The position numbers and the translations under genes were made by a program. A stretch of 64,000 nt of DNA from an uncultured Candidatus Poseidoniales archaeon (lineage in GTDB: Archaea; Thermoplasmatota; Poseidoniia; Poseidoniales; Thalassarchaeaceae): assembly GCA_964013425.1 (NCBI GenBank), contig CAXGWC010000002.1, forward strand, positions 22,818 through 86,817, in the 5' to 3' direction. Under the pieces are notes generated by a model, which had not been told where the DNA came from, searched no databases, and saw only the letters and a list, made by a program, of their open reading frames with translations. Below, in pieces: positions 28,730-38,442 of this stretch; positions within the stretch are counted from its first letter, which is position 1; every line of letters starts with the position of its first letter.

Positions 28730-31700
28730 TGATTCCCAATACCGCTCAACGCCTCGCGCTAAACTTGGATTCACATATTGTAATCGATGCTGGAGCCGGG
28801 ACAGGAAAGACCAAGACCATCATCGATAGAGTGATTGAGCACTATCTCTGTGGAGATCAAAGGGCCACTAGGATACTCCCAGTCCCAGAAAGACCCCCTC
28901 CACCAAGAGGAGGGATCCTAATTTCCCCCTCTTCGGAGACGGTAGCTCCCAAGGATCACCCCGGGCTTCTCCCTGGAGAGGTAGTTCTGCTAACGTTCAC
29001 CAACAAGGCGGCAGATGAGATGAGGCATAGGTTGAGGGATGAGATATTGAAACTGAGAATGGGCTCCTCTTCGGTCTCCGAACAGAATAGAGCCGATCCA
29101 AGAGTAACCCATCCCGGCCTTCCTGAGCAGCTTCTAACCCTTCTGGAGGACGCCCCAATAGGTACCATAGACTCCTTCTTCAATCAATTAGTCTCTCCTT
29201 ACAGAGGATTCCTAGGAGATGCTCTCAGCAGGGAGAATATTTCTGATGCAAGCAGGATACTACTTATCGAAGACGCACTCGATACACTTTGGCGGCTTCC
29301 AAGCTCAATCTCTGGTCTAGGAGATGCAGTCGATGCAGGTATTCCAGCAGAGATAGCGTCAGATGTCCTCAAAGCCAGAGAGAGAATAGCTAGGAGATAC
29401 TCTGGTAGGAAGACCGCAGCTAGGCTACTCCGCGGTCTTGTTAGGAAATCCGTCTTCATCGAGGAAGGACTCAGGAGAATCACTGATAAGAACGGCCATG
29501 TAGACCCCCTACTACTCAGGGAAAGAATCCTATCTACAACTGATAGGAAACTAGTCGAGTCAATGTGTTCGAGGATAAATGAAAGTAGTGAGAGATATTG
29601 TGAAATCATCCTTGGATCTCCTGAAATGGTAGCTGGGGGCATTCCCCAAGAATCGAGAATGGCCTGTCTGTTAGCACTAAATAAACAGAATCCGTCTGAT
29701 ACATGGGGACAATTAGTATGGCTTGCGCATCATCTAGATTGCACCACAAGTGCGCCAACAGTTCAATCTGGTTCTCCAACCATATTTCCCAGACAAAATA
29801 TTCCTGATGACAGCCATTGGCCGAGAGGGGTAAAGTCTTGGAGCGCAATAAAGGACAAGCACACCAAGGAATCTACCAAAGAAGCACTAAACTTGGAAAT
29901 AGATAGAATCAGGAACGCATGGACCGACTCTACTGGTTCCCTGACTCTCCATTTTGCTCAGATTGCAATGCTTCTAGACTCGGCATCCCCTCCCTGCTCA
30001 CCTCCCTCTCGTGGAAAATCCCTGTCCCCCTTGCCAGACACCATCCCAGATAGGCTTCCTCAAGGAGAAAAATCAGAGAGATACTATTTCACCATAGAAG
30101 CAGAAGCTGGGAATCTGGATGATCTCAGGCTAGCACATCTGGGATTCAAAGGTATTCTGAAAAGAATGAAGGAAAGAGAAGAGGTCCACGACTTCGATGA
30201 TATACAGGCCTTAGCAGGCGACCTACTACTTTCCAAGTGCCCAGAAGTGTGTCGTAAATACTACCCCCAAGAGGTAATTAGAGAACTGGATTCCATAGGC
30301 GATGAACCTTGGAGAGACGATCATATCCTGGCTGCGTTAAAGCAGATATCCACATTAGAAAATAACCCAAAGTTAGCAGGAGAATCAATATCCGAATTAA
30401 CAGCTATCAGATCAGATCTGGAAAGGAGACACGATCTTCTCAGGACCATTCGAAGGAGATTCAGGGCATTCATCATTGACGAGGCACAGGATAACTCACC
30501 TCTCCAATGGAGGCTTCTTTCCAGACTCTGGGGAGAGAGGAGCGTCCTGGAGGGGGAGATTCCAACCCCAGATACGCCATGGCAACCCACTGTGTGCTAC
30601 GTTGGCGATGTCAAGCAGAGCATCTATGCTTTCAGACAGGCCGAGGTGGTCGGATTCCTTGAATATGCTAGAACACTGATGGCAATAAATCGTCACGAAT
30701 TCTCCAGTATCCAGTTATTACGACAAAAACCAACACTAAGAAAGATCGACAGTAGCAGGGACCCAAGAAATGCACATCTAGTGGGAATCAAACAGGCAAA
30801 GACACTGACTCGCTTATCTGGAATTGATACGACACCATGGGTTCCTTTCGATCTTCCAGATAGAGGACGTATCCCAGAGCCCGAGGAAATCGATAGAAGG
30901 AGGAACGGATTAATCCGACTAAATGTTAACTATCGTACCAAGGGAGGGCTTTTAGAAGCAATGAATCACTGGTGGGATGATGTGTTTTCAGACAGGCACA
31001 AAGACTTCCCAAGAGGAGATTTCTACGCTACATCACAACCCTTGCGCCCGTCTGAGGAAAACTCAGACTCGGCTGGTTCGATTGAATGGATATGCCCCGT
31101 ACTAAATGGCGGGGATGATGATGCTCCAGAAGATCTCACCGCTCCAATAGACTCGTTCGGTTTCGGAAAGCCGAACTCGATCGAAAGGCAGGCGATGCTA
31201 ATCGCACTGAGGGCCAAAAATTTGATCAAAGGAGAGCCAATAAGGGTTCTCTCATCATCAGGAAAGTGGAGCGAGCTACCGGCAGAAGAGCCAATCGCTC
31301 CGAGTGACATAATGATTCTCCTTCCGAGCAGGAGTAAGCTGAGAGATAGCATAATGAGAGAGCTCTCAGTTGTTGGTGTCCCTGCTCAGGCCGACAGGGA
31401 AGGAAGCCTCCTACAACGTCCGACCGCACACGCCCTCGATGGCCTACTACAGCTATTGGCAAGGCCCGACTCTCCCCATCACGCTGCATGGGTGGCAAGG
31501 TCTTCACTAATTGGCCTCGATGACAGACAACTTCAGAAATTCATTGGGGACTCATCTCGAGGGGAAGATATGCTAGCTAGATTACGAGATTTTACAGCAA
31601 ATGACAGGCATAAAGAAATGATAAAAAGATGGGAGATTCTCTCTAGGTCTAGCAGATTAGTCGAAGCTCTTAACGAGACATTGGATAGATCGGACCTATT

Positions 31701-33591
31701 GATGGCCTACCCAGATAATACCTCAAGACAGGATGCCGAGCAGTTTATCCAACTAGTGAGCACGTTGGCTATGGATCTCGGCGGTGACTGCAAAGTAATA
31801 GCGGACAGTGTCCGTAGGCTAAGAGAGGGGGATAAGAACAGTACAGAGGCAGTGAATGTGCCTGACTCAGACGCTGTCAGAGTTATGACAATCCATGGAT
31901 CAAAGGGCTTAGAATCTAAGGTAGTAATCCTGGCAGATGTATTCTCCGGAAGGCAGACCAATATCAGAATAGAATCCTCAGAGAGACTCATTGTCACTCC
32001 TGATTTATTCGGGGGGCATCCCAAGCCATGGCCTTCCAAAGATCCAGTTTCTCCTCTCTGGAAACACGTGAAGAAAATCCACTTGGCCAGAAGGAATGCT
32101 GAAGCAAGAAGGTTGCTTTACGTAGCGGCCACAAGAGCTGAAGACAAGTTGATAATTTGTGGTTCTCCCAAGCACACTAAATGGGAGGATGGAAAGGGAA
32201 TCACCTTTTCTTGGTCTTATGGAAAATCAGCTCCCCAACTCGGAGAGATGTGGCTAGAATCTCTTAGACAGGGTTCATGGAAGAGAGGAGAGGAATCATC
32301 TTATTGGCTTTCTTCAGAGGACTCACAATCTCAATCTCCTCCAAAAGTCACTAACGAAGGTATCAGGGAGATAGATCCACTATTAGCATCAACCTCTGGA
32401 ATGCTAGGGTCAAATAATCTCCATGGGATAACCATATTGCATCATCCGATGTGCTTTGAAACGACAGATAAGACAACTAGAACAGTCCTGACGCCCCTCC
32501 AAAAGATCGAGAGAACCAATCAAGCGTCTTCTGAATCAGCCGCCCTCCTTCCCGCACCAAATACTACATCCAGAAATGATAGGGGGAGCAGAGTAAGGAT
32601 CGCTCCTCACGATCTGACGGTATACAATGAATGTCCGAGGAGATATTGGCTCGAGACAAGGGGAGGTAGCCCGACAAAGAAATCGGAGTATCATTCGGGG
32701 CAACTAGAAAACAAAACATTGCCATCTGGCATAGATGCAGCCACTCTTGGTAAGGTGATTCACAGGATTTTCGAGATAGGGCTGATGAATCCTGGTCCTC
32801 CTAGTGATACCATCCCAAATCTACCCAGCTCATGGATAAGCAAGAGCCCGGACAGACTTACTGATGACTCACTTATGAAACAGGTGTTCCATGAAATACT
32901 GCCGCTGGAAGCAGATAGGGAAGGGTGCTCAAAAATTGTCAGGACAATACTTGAAAGAATTAGAAAAGGACCTCTGGGGGAACTATGCTCTGGCACCTCA
33001 GTTGATGGCCATTTAGTAGACGGCTTACGAACTGAGATGCCATTCCATATTGCTAGGACTGTAGACCCGGGAGGGATTACGAGAGGGAGATGGTCTCCTG
33101 ACGGAATAGAGCCTCTCTCATACATCGAACACGCCTCCTTAGAGATGGATGGAGTGATAGATCTGGTACTTTGTACTACGTCTGAGGAAGGGAGTTTCAT
33201 CAGGCCCATAGACTTGAAGACCGAGGAGGCAGTGAGTATCTCCGATTATGATTCCAATGGCCTAATCTCGTCTTTGGGTAACGATTCAATCAAGCCAGCA
33301 TCTCAAGCGGAGATGGATATTCTCGAACACCACGCAATGCAGTTGACGCTGTATTACTTGTCTTTGAAGTCTATCGAGGATGAGAGGAAGAAAAGAGGGC
33401 TACCTTACAGAGAGGTCCTAAGACCAGCAATATTAGTTGGCATAACTGGTAGAATCGTTGAGTACCCGGAAGACATGTTCCTAACGGCACTGCAAAAGTT
33501 AGACATGGCTATGAATACCGTAACGGAAATGGCACTCTTGTCAGAAGCCCCAATCGCTCGGTATCCTTGCACTTGCTCAACCTGCACTTAG
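28729..33591 (+). CDS. addA: AddA/RecB-like UvrD-family SF1 helicase fused to a C-terminal RecB nuclease domain (1620 aa)
   Basis: Helicase motifs: I GAGTGKT; Ia TFTNKAADEM; II IIDEAQDNSP; III GDVKQSIYAFRQA; IV NYRTKGG; V TIHGSKGLE; VI YVAATRAEDKL. Nuclease motifs: LTVYNECPRRYWLE, GKVIHRIFE, IDLVLCT...IDLKTEE, QLTLYY. Terminal ...RYPCTCSTCT. Confidence 0.75.
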   Translation: MIPNTAQRLALNLDSHIVIDAGAGTGKTKTIIDRVIEHYLCGDQRATRILPVPERPPPPRGGILISPSSETVAPKDHPGLLPGEVVLLTFTNKAADEMRHRLRDEILKLRMGSSSVSEQNRADPRVTHPGLPEQLLTLLEDAPIGTIDSFFNQLVSPYRGFLGDALSRENISDASRILLIEDALDTLWRLPSSISGLGDAVDAGIPAEIASDVLKARERIARRYSGRKTAARLLRGLVRKSVFIEEGLRRITDKNGHVDPLLLRERILSTTDRKLVESMCSRINESSERYCEIILGSPEMVAGGIPQESRMACLLALNKQNPSDTWGQLVWLAHHLDCTTSAPTVQSGSPTIFPRQNIPDDSHWPRGVKSWSAIKDKHTKESTKEALNLEIDRIRNAWTDSTGSLTLHFAQIAMLLDSASPPCSPPSRGKSLSPLPDTIPDRLPQGEKSERYYFTIEAEAGNLDDLRLAHLGFKGILKRMKEREEVHDFDDIQALAGDLLLSKCPEVCRKYYPQEVIRELDSIGDEPWRDDHILAALKQISTLENNPKLAGESISELTAIRSDLERRHDLLRTIRRRFRAFIIDEAQDNSPLQWRLLSRLWGERSVLEGEIPTPDTPWQPTVCYVGDVKQSIYAFRQAEVVGFLEYARTLMAINRHEFSSIQLLRQKPTLRKIDSSRDPRNAHLVGIKQAKTLTRLSGIDTTPWVPFDLPDRGRIPEPEEIDRRRNGLIRLNVNYRTKGGLLEAMNHWWDDVFSDRHKDFPRGDFYATSQPLRPSEENSDSAGSIEWICPVLNGGDDDAPEDLTAPIDSFGFGKPNSIERQAMLIALRAKNLIKGEPIRVLSSSGKWSELPAEEPIAPSDIMILLPSRSKLRDSIMRELSVVGVPAQADREGSLLQRPTAHALDGLLQLLARPDSPHHAAWVARSSLIGLDDRQLQKFIGDSSRGEDMLARLRDFTANDRHKEMIKRWEILSRSSRLVEALNETLDRSDLLMAYPDNTSRQDAEQFIQLVSTLAMDLGGDCKVIADSVRRLREGDKNSTEAVNVPDSDAVRVMTIHGSKGLESKVVILADVFSGRQTNIRIESSERLIVTPDLFGGHPKPWPSKDPVSPLWKHVKKIHLARRNAEARRLLYVAATRAEDKLIICGSPKHTKWEDGKGITFSWSYGKSAPQLGEMWLESLRQGSWKRGEESSYWLSSEDSQSQSPPKVTNEGIREIDPLLASTSGMLGSNNLHGITILHHPMCFETTDKTTRTVLTPLQKIERTNQASSESAALLPAPNTTSRNDRGSRVRIAPHDLTVYNECPRRYWLETRGGSPTKKSEYHSGQLENKTLPSGIDAATLGKVIHRIFEIGLMNPGPPSDTIPNLPSSWISKSPDRLTDDSLMKQVFHEILPLEADREGCSKIVRTILERIRKGPLGELCSGTSVDGHLVDGLRTEMPFHIARTVDPGGITRGRWSPDGIEPLSYIEHASLEMDGVIDLVLCTTSEEGSFIRPIDLKTEEAVSISDYDSNGLISSLGNDSIKPASQAEMDILEHHAMQLTLYYLSLKSIEDERKKRGLPYREVLRPAILVGITGRIVEYPEDMFLTALQKLDMAMNTVTEMALLSEAPIARYPCTCSTCT

Positions 33592-33625
33592 CATATTTCT
33601 CCTAACGCTGGACAGAAGAATCCAT

Positions 33626-35062
33626 TTGCTAAATTGTATACCAATACACATGGAACACGACTTGGACCGGCTTCTGACTATGAGTGATGATATATGGGAG
33701 AACTCAATTATCCCTAGTCTCAGTGAATTCATATCCATCAAGGCCCTCTCTCCACTGTTCGAACCAGAATGGCGCAGGCTAGGGGAGCTTGACGCCACAA
33801 TTGATCTATTCTGTAAGTGGGTCGAAACCCAGAATCTGAATGGAATGACCTACTCAGTTCACAGGATCGAAGACAGGTCTCCAGTTCTGCTTATCACTGT
33901 CGAGGGGACAGGACCGGGTGAGATTGTCTTCTACTCTCATCTGGACAAGCAACCCTCCAAGCCAGAACTGTGGTCCGAGGGACTCGGCCCTTTGAAAGCT
34001 GTCAGGAGAGGTCCGTGGCTCTTTGGAAGGGGAAGTATCGACGATGGATATGGAGGTTATCTATGCGTAGCTTCTCTGAAAATTCTTCAGAACTCCAATA
34101 TTCCTCATCCAAAATGCTCCTTCTTAATCGAAACATGTGAAGAATCGGGATCCTATGATCTACCTCCTTATCTCGAGGCTCTGAAGGAAGATTTAGGAGA
34201 ACCCGATATGATTGTAGTGATGGATAGTGGCGGTCCCGACTACGATCATATCTGGATTACAGAGGCACTAAGGGGTCTTATCTCGGGTACTCTTTCAATC
34301 AAGGTTTCACATGAGGGAATCCATTCGGGCACTTCTGGAGGCTCTATTCCATCTTCATTTAGAATAGCTAGGGCGCTATTAGATAGGGTTGAAGACTCAA
34401 AAACAGGTCAGATTCTAATCCCTGAAATGCACGTTGACATATCCGATGATCTCAGAAGCAAGGCAGAATCACTCGCCAATGTAGTGGGGGATTCGCTCTG
34501 GCAACAGCTGCCCACGGTAGACACGCTCCTCCCGGTTTCGGATAATACTGCAGACATGATTCTGGGAATGAATTGGCAACCCTCACTATGCGTCATAGGA
34601 GCTGATGGCCTACCGTCAGTTCAGACGGCTGGAAATGTACTAAGAACTAATACCGATCTAAAATTGAGCTTTAGGATACCTCCCGGAGTCGATGCAGGCC
34701 CTCTTGAGCCAATTCTGAAGCAAATTCTAGAGGAAAATCCACCATATGGAGCAGAGGTTTCATTCTCACCCGACTCGTCCGCAAATGGCTTTCATTCACC
34801 TCCGCTAGATGGAGAGGTAAAGAGGGCCATTACTGAGGCTTCTACGCTCTTAACCGGTAGACCGCCTTTAGCAACTTGGATTGGTGGAACAATTCCATTC
34901 ATGGCTATGATGCAGAGCAGATACCCAAATGCTAAGTTTCTATGCACAGGAGCCTCTGGACCTGGAAACAATGCGCACGGTCCCGATGAGAAGCTCCACA
35001 TTCCCACGGCAAAGAGATTGACAGCAGTACTAGCAACGACTGTAGCCGCAATATCTAGATGA
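33626..35062 (+). CDS. M20 family metallopeptidase (dipeptidase-like)
   Basis: YSHLDKQP metal-binding motif, GRGSIDDGYGG, dimerisation domain; 478 aa. Confidence 0.8.
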   Translation: MLNCIPIHMEHDLDRLLTMSDDIWENSIIPSLSEFISIKALSPLFEPEWRRLGELDATIDLFCKWVETQNLNGMTYSVHRIEDRSPVLLITVEGTGPGEIVFYSHLDKQPSKPELWSEGLGPLKAVRRGPWLFGRGSIDDGYGGYLCVASLKILQNSNIPHPKCSFLIETCEESGSYDLPPYLEALKEDLGEPDMIVVMDSGGPDYDHIWITEALRGLISGTLSIKVSHEGIHSGTSGGSIPSSFRIARALLDRVEDSKTGQILIPEMHVDISDDLRSKAESLANVVGDSLWQQLPTVDTLLPVSDNTADMILGMNWQPSLCVIGADGLPSVQTAGNVLRTNTDLKLSFRIPPGVDAGPLEPILKQILEENPPYGAEVSFSPDSSANGFHSPPLDGEVKRAITEASTLLTGRPPLATWIGGTIPFMAMMQSRYPNAKFLCTGASGPGNNAHGPDEKLHIPTAKRLTAVLATTVAAISR

Positions 35063-35130
35063 ATACACTAATCCCATGTATTTGTATCCCGTTTCCGCCG
35101 GGGTTAAAGGGGAGGCAGTAGTCCAGCTGT

Positions 35131-35778
35131 TTGGGATACACCATGAGCGATGAGGAAACGATACCTGTCGAACAGGACGATTTGGCCGAGCAACTAGCCA
35201 TGGAGAAGGAAAGACTTGACAAGCTATATGTGGCATATCAGGCAATTGAATCTGAGTTAGCCGACGCCAAGGCCCATATCGAAGTTCTTGAGAAGGACGC
35301 TATCGATAAGGAAATCGAGAAAGAGGGATTAGGGGAACTTCTCAATGAGAAGGACAGTCGTATCAGGAACCTCGAGATAGAGTCTGCTAAGGCAGGAACA
35401 AGAGTAAAGCATCTCGAACCTGAACTTGAGAAGATGGAAGAGATGTACACCAGAGAGCAAGCTAGGCTTGGAAGAGTATTCGATGTCGCAGAGGAGCTTG
35501 ATGAAGCCCTTCAGACCGCTACTTCTGAGTTGAAGGCTAGAGACGACTGGTACGTGGAGCACATGAAGATCTTCGAAGATATCAAGAAGGTCACAGAGAC
35601 AAGATTCGAGATGATTGACAGGGCTATGGAATACTTCAAGGAGTTCCAGGAGAAACAGGATACTTTCAGAGATAGGATGGATGAGACGCTTGAGGCTGTC
35701 AAGGAAGCTGCTTCTGAAAACGCTACTGTTGAAGAAGAGGCTCCTGAATCACCAGAGCAATCACAAGAAGAAGCGTGA
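35131..35778 (+). CDS. acidic coiled-coil protein, unknown function
   Basis: 215 aa, heptad-rich (LEKDAIDKEIEKEGLGELLNEKDSRIRNLEIE...), acidic Glu-rich tail. Confidence 0.5.
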   Translation: MGYTMSDEETIPVEQDDLAEQLAMEKERLDKLYVAYQAIESELADAKAHIEVLEKDAIDKEIEKEGLGELLNEKDSRIRNLEIESAKAGTRVKHLEPELEKMEEMYTREQARLGRVFDVAEELDEALQTATSELKARDDWYVEHMKIFEDIKKVTETRFEMIDRAMEYFKEFQEKQDTFRDRMDETLEAVKEAASENATVEEEAPESPEQSQEEA

Positions 35779-35789
35779 GATTAACTCCA

Positions 35790-36539
35790 CTACTCTGGTA
35801 TGGTACCATCTGCCATTCTGATACATCTAGCCGGAATTCCGCCCCATACTTCTCCTGCAGGAATGTTGGTCCACTTGGGAACTACGGCTCTGGATGCCAC
35901 GATTGCCCCCTCACCGATGACACAACCCGGCTGAATAACTGAACCCATCCCAATCAGAGCGTTCTTGCCAATATTAACCGGAGCCATCACCAACTCACCT
36001 TTCTCAGTCAAATGGGCATTGATGATTGCCTTTCCTCCTATTACCACACCATCTCCTAGAGTTACAGATCCAGCATCATTGATGTATGCTGAATTGATCT
36101 GCACCCCCTTTCCTAATTTCGCACCTGAAAGTCGATAGAAAGTGTTGCCAATGAATGACGGAACTAGAAAGGGCAAGAAGAAAAGAGCTATTTTGTGAAA
36201 AACCATCGACCACGCCCACTGGATTGTTACAAAAGACTTCAGTGGATATTTTCCCGGCTTTAGTCTCGGCCGAAATAGGCCTCCTAATAGTCCAGAGAGA
36301 ATCACAAGAGTCACTCCCCAAGCAGTTATTCCCATGCCAAGCGCCACTCCGGTGATTACAAAGCTCTCCAATGGAACACTATCTATCTCGTTGAATGAAT
36401 TTATACTGATTCCCAACAGATCAATAATCTTGAAAAAAATGTAGATCCCAGGAAAGGAGCAAAGACCTATGATGAGAGCTAGAAATGGAATTAATATAGC
36501 AGTCAGAAAATTCTGAATTATTGTGAACGACCTCATCAC
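35790..36539 (-). CDS. membrane-anchored hexapeptide-repeat (LbH) acyltransferase
   Basis: N-terminal TM segments, then left-handed beta-helix repeats (GDGVVIGGKAIINAHLTEKGELVMAPVNIGKNALIGMGSVIQPGCVIGEGAIV). Confidence 0.7.
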   Translation of the reverse strand: MMRSFTIIQNFLTAILIPFLALIIGLCSFPGIYIFFKIIDLLGISINSFNEIDSVPLESFVITGVALGMGITAWGVTLVILSGLLGGLFRPRLKPGKYPLKSFVTIQWAWSMVFHKIALFFLPFLVPSFIGNTFYRLSGAKLGKGVQINSAYINDAGSVTLGDGVVIGGKAIINAHLTEKGELVMAPVNIGKNALIGMGSVIQPGCVIGEGAIVASRAVVPKWTNIPAGEVWGGIPARCIRMADGTIPE

Positions 36540-38335
36540 ACCACTTCATTAGTTCCAGAGGCTACCTCTTCATCAACCTCTCTTGCGACGCGAATTCCTT
36601 CTTCAACATCCACAACGAAGAAGAAACACATTCCCATCAAGATGGGAACTACTACGCTCAGAAGCCCCATTCTGCTATCCATAGAGGCGGCCACTATTGC
36701 ATAAACTATCGGCCCTAGGACCGATACTGCCTTCCCTATGAAGGCGAAGAACCCAAAGAACTCAGTAGTCTTGGACGTAGGTATCAGCATACTGAAGAGA
36801 CTTCTGGATAGAGCCCCTGCGACTCCCATAACCATTCCAAACGTCATTCCCAGTATTATCCACTGTAGGTTAATTCCTATTCCCACAGGCTCCCAGACAT
36901 TATCCCTTAGCAAGTTAGGCCACCAGTCTATTGGCCCTCCTTCGATAACTGTGGGATGATCAATGCCAACTGAAGAGGCCCCATCTAATGCTCCTCCCCG
37001 GAAGGAGAAGGAGAATCTATGTTGTGTACTATTTTCCATCCTAAGGACAAGTAGTGAGGACTCTTCCAGACTAAGTAAGGGACGCTCGTCGTCGCCCGAT
37101 TTCAGGAATTGCAGGAATGCCTCCCTGAACTCTTCATCCCCCTCTCCTGACTCACTAACCCAACCGTCCACTCCCCGATTGTATAGTGTTGAAAGTTTGT
37201 ATGAATCCTCTTCCTGATCCCAATCATAACGGAAGTCATACCTCTCGTGGTCCCCCTCCAATTCAAGAGGTGCAAATCCCACTCCCAGAACCGACACAAC
37301 ACAAAATATCGCCAGAGCCCCACCTAGAATATTCTTGTTACTGTACCTACTAGCTAAGGAACCACCTATGATAGTCATTGGAATAGCAACTATATTGGCA
37401 GAAAGAAGAAGAACGAAGTTCATGCTGAAGTCTATCCTCAATACGGAATCTGCATATGCCGCGGCCAATCCTCCAATCGCATTTACTCCATCATAGAATA
37501 ACAGATACCCGCACATGAATAGAGTCAGGACCCTATATCTTCGAATCTCAGAGAATGTCTTACGAATCTCCCTGACTCCATCTATTGTCGCTTCAAAGAA
37601 TGACGTGTATTCAGTAGGATTTGGTATTTCAGGCTCGGGAGTATTTCTGAAAATAGGCACTGAAAAACCCAACCACCACAAGGCGCTAGTCAGGAAAACG
37701 AAACACTGAACATCAGGATCTTCGAATCCAAATCTTAAACCTACAATCAAATGAATTGTTAGTAGTGTAGAACCACCTAGAAAACCATAGGCATACCCCC
37801 AGCTGGAGATATGATCCATTAGACGTTTATCTCCCAGATAAGGGAGGAAGGCAGAGTAAATCGCATGACCACCAGCAAATCCTATATTGCCCATAATCAG
37901 GCAAATCGCAAGGAATTTGTACGATGACTCCTCACTCATATAGGGAGCCAATCCCATTAGAGCGGTAAATAGAATTCCAACAATAGTATAGATCTTTAAA
38001 ATCCTCTTCTTGATGGGCATCCTATCTGCTATGGCACCCAATACCGGACTGACAATAGCTACAAAGACACTGGAAATTCCAAGTACTACAGCATAGAAAC
38101 TGTCCCCAGTAAATGTCATACCGGCATATTCCGCGCTTCCTCCGTTTGCCAGGTTGAACATATTGGATAGCAGTGTCGGAACCACCACTGTGATTACCGT
38201 GAGCGCGAAGGCCTGATTAGCCCAGTCGAACCAATACCAGCTTTTCAGCGACTTCTTAGATTCCGGATCCATTTCACTGAGAAGCCTCTCAACCTCATCG
38301 GAGCTAGCAATCAGCTTGCCGAACCCCCCTGACAT
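36536..38335 (-). CDS. MFS transporter, UMF1/Atg22-like family
   Basis: WYWFDWANQAF signature near the N-terminus, ~12 TM segments, large internal hydrophilic loop. Stop overlaps the start of the downstream acyltransferase gene. Confidence 0.75.
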   Translation of the reverse strand: MSGGFGKLIASSDEVERLLSEMDPESKKSLKSWYWFDWANQAFALTVITVVVPTLLSNMFNLANGGSAEYAGMTFTGDSFYAVVLGISSVFVAIVSPVLGAIADRMPIKKRILKIYTIVGILFTALMGLAPYMSEESSYKFLAICLIMGNIGFAGGHAIYSAFLPYLGDKRLMDHISSWGYAYGFLGGSTLLTIHLIVGLRFGFEDPDVQCFVFLTSALWWLGFSVPIFRNTPEPEIPNPTEYTSFFEATIDGVREIRKTFSEIRRYRVLTLFMCGYLLFYDGVNAIGGLAAAYADSVLRIDFSMNFVLLLSANIVAIPMTIIGGSLASRYSNKNILGGALAIFCVVSVLGVGFAPLELEGDHERYDFRYDWDQEEDSYKLSTLYNRGVDGWVSESGEGDEEFREAFLQFLKSGDDERPLLSLEESSLLVLRMENSTQHRFSFSFRGGALDGASSVGIDHPTVIEGGPIDWWPNLLRDNVWEPVGIGINLQWIILGMTFGMVMGVAGALSRSLFSMLIPTSKTTEFFGFFAFIGKAVSVLGPIVYAIVAASMDSRMGLLSVVVPILMGMCFFFVVDVEEGIRVAREVDEEVASGTNEVV

Positions 38336-38442
38336 GAATCCCTGAGATTATATCTGGTCTTTAGTGTCGTCTACGTAATCAGGTATCTCACGACTCACCA
38401 CATAGTAGTCAATGTCAATAACACCTCCCTAGAGCGGAGCTC

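Noticed and set aside
25124-33591. Possible compositional (GC) shift marking the AddAB-like genes as a recent insertion
   Set aside because: Hand-sampled 60-nt stretches gave ~43-47% GC here, versus ~45-53% in mcm and the SBP gene. This is not clearly distinct, and a proper windowed calculation is needed before claiming it.
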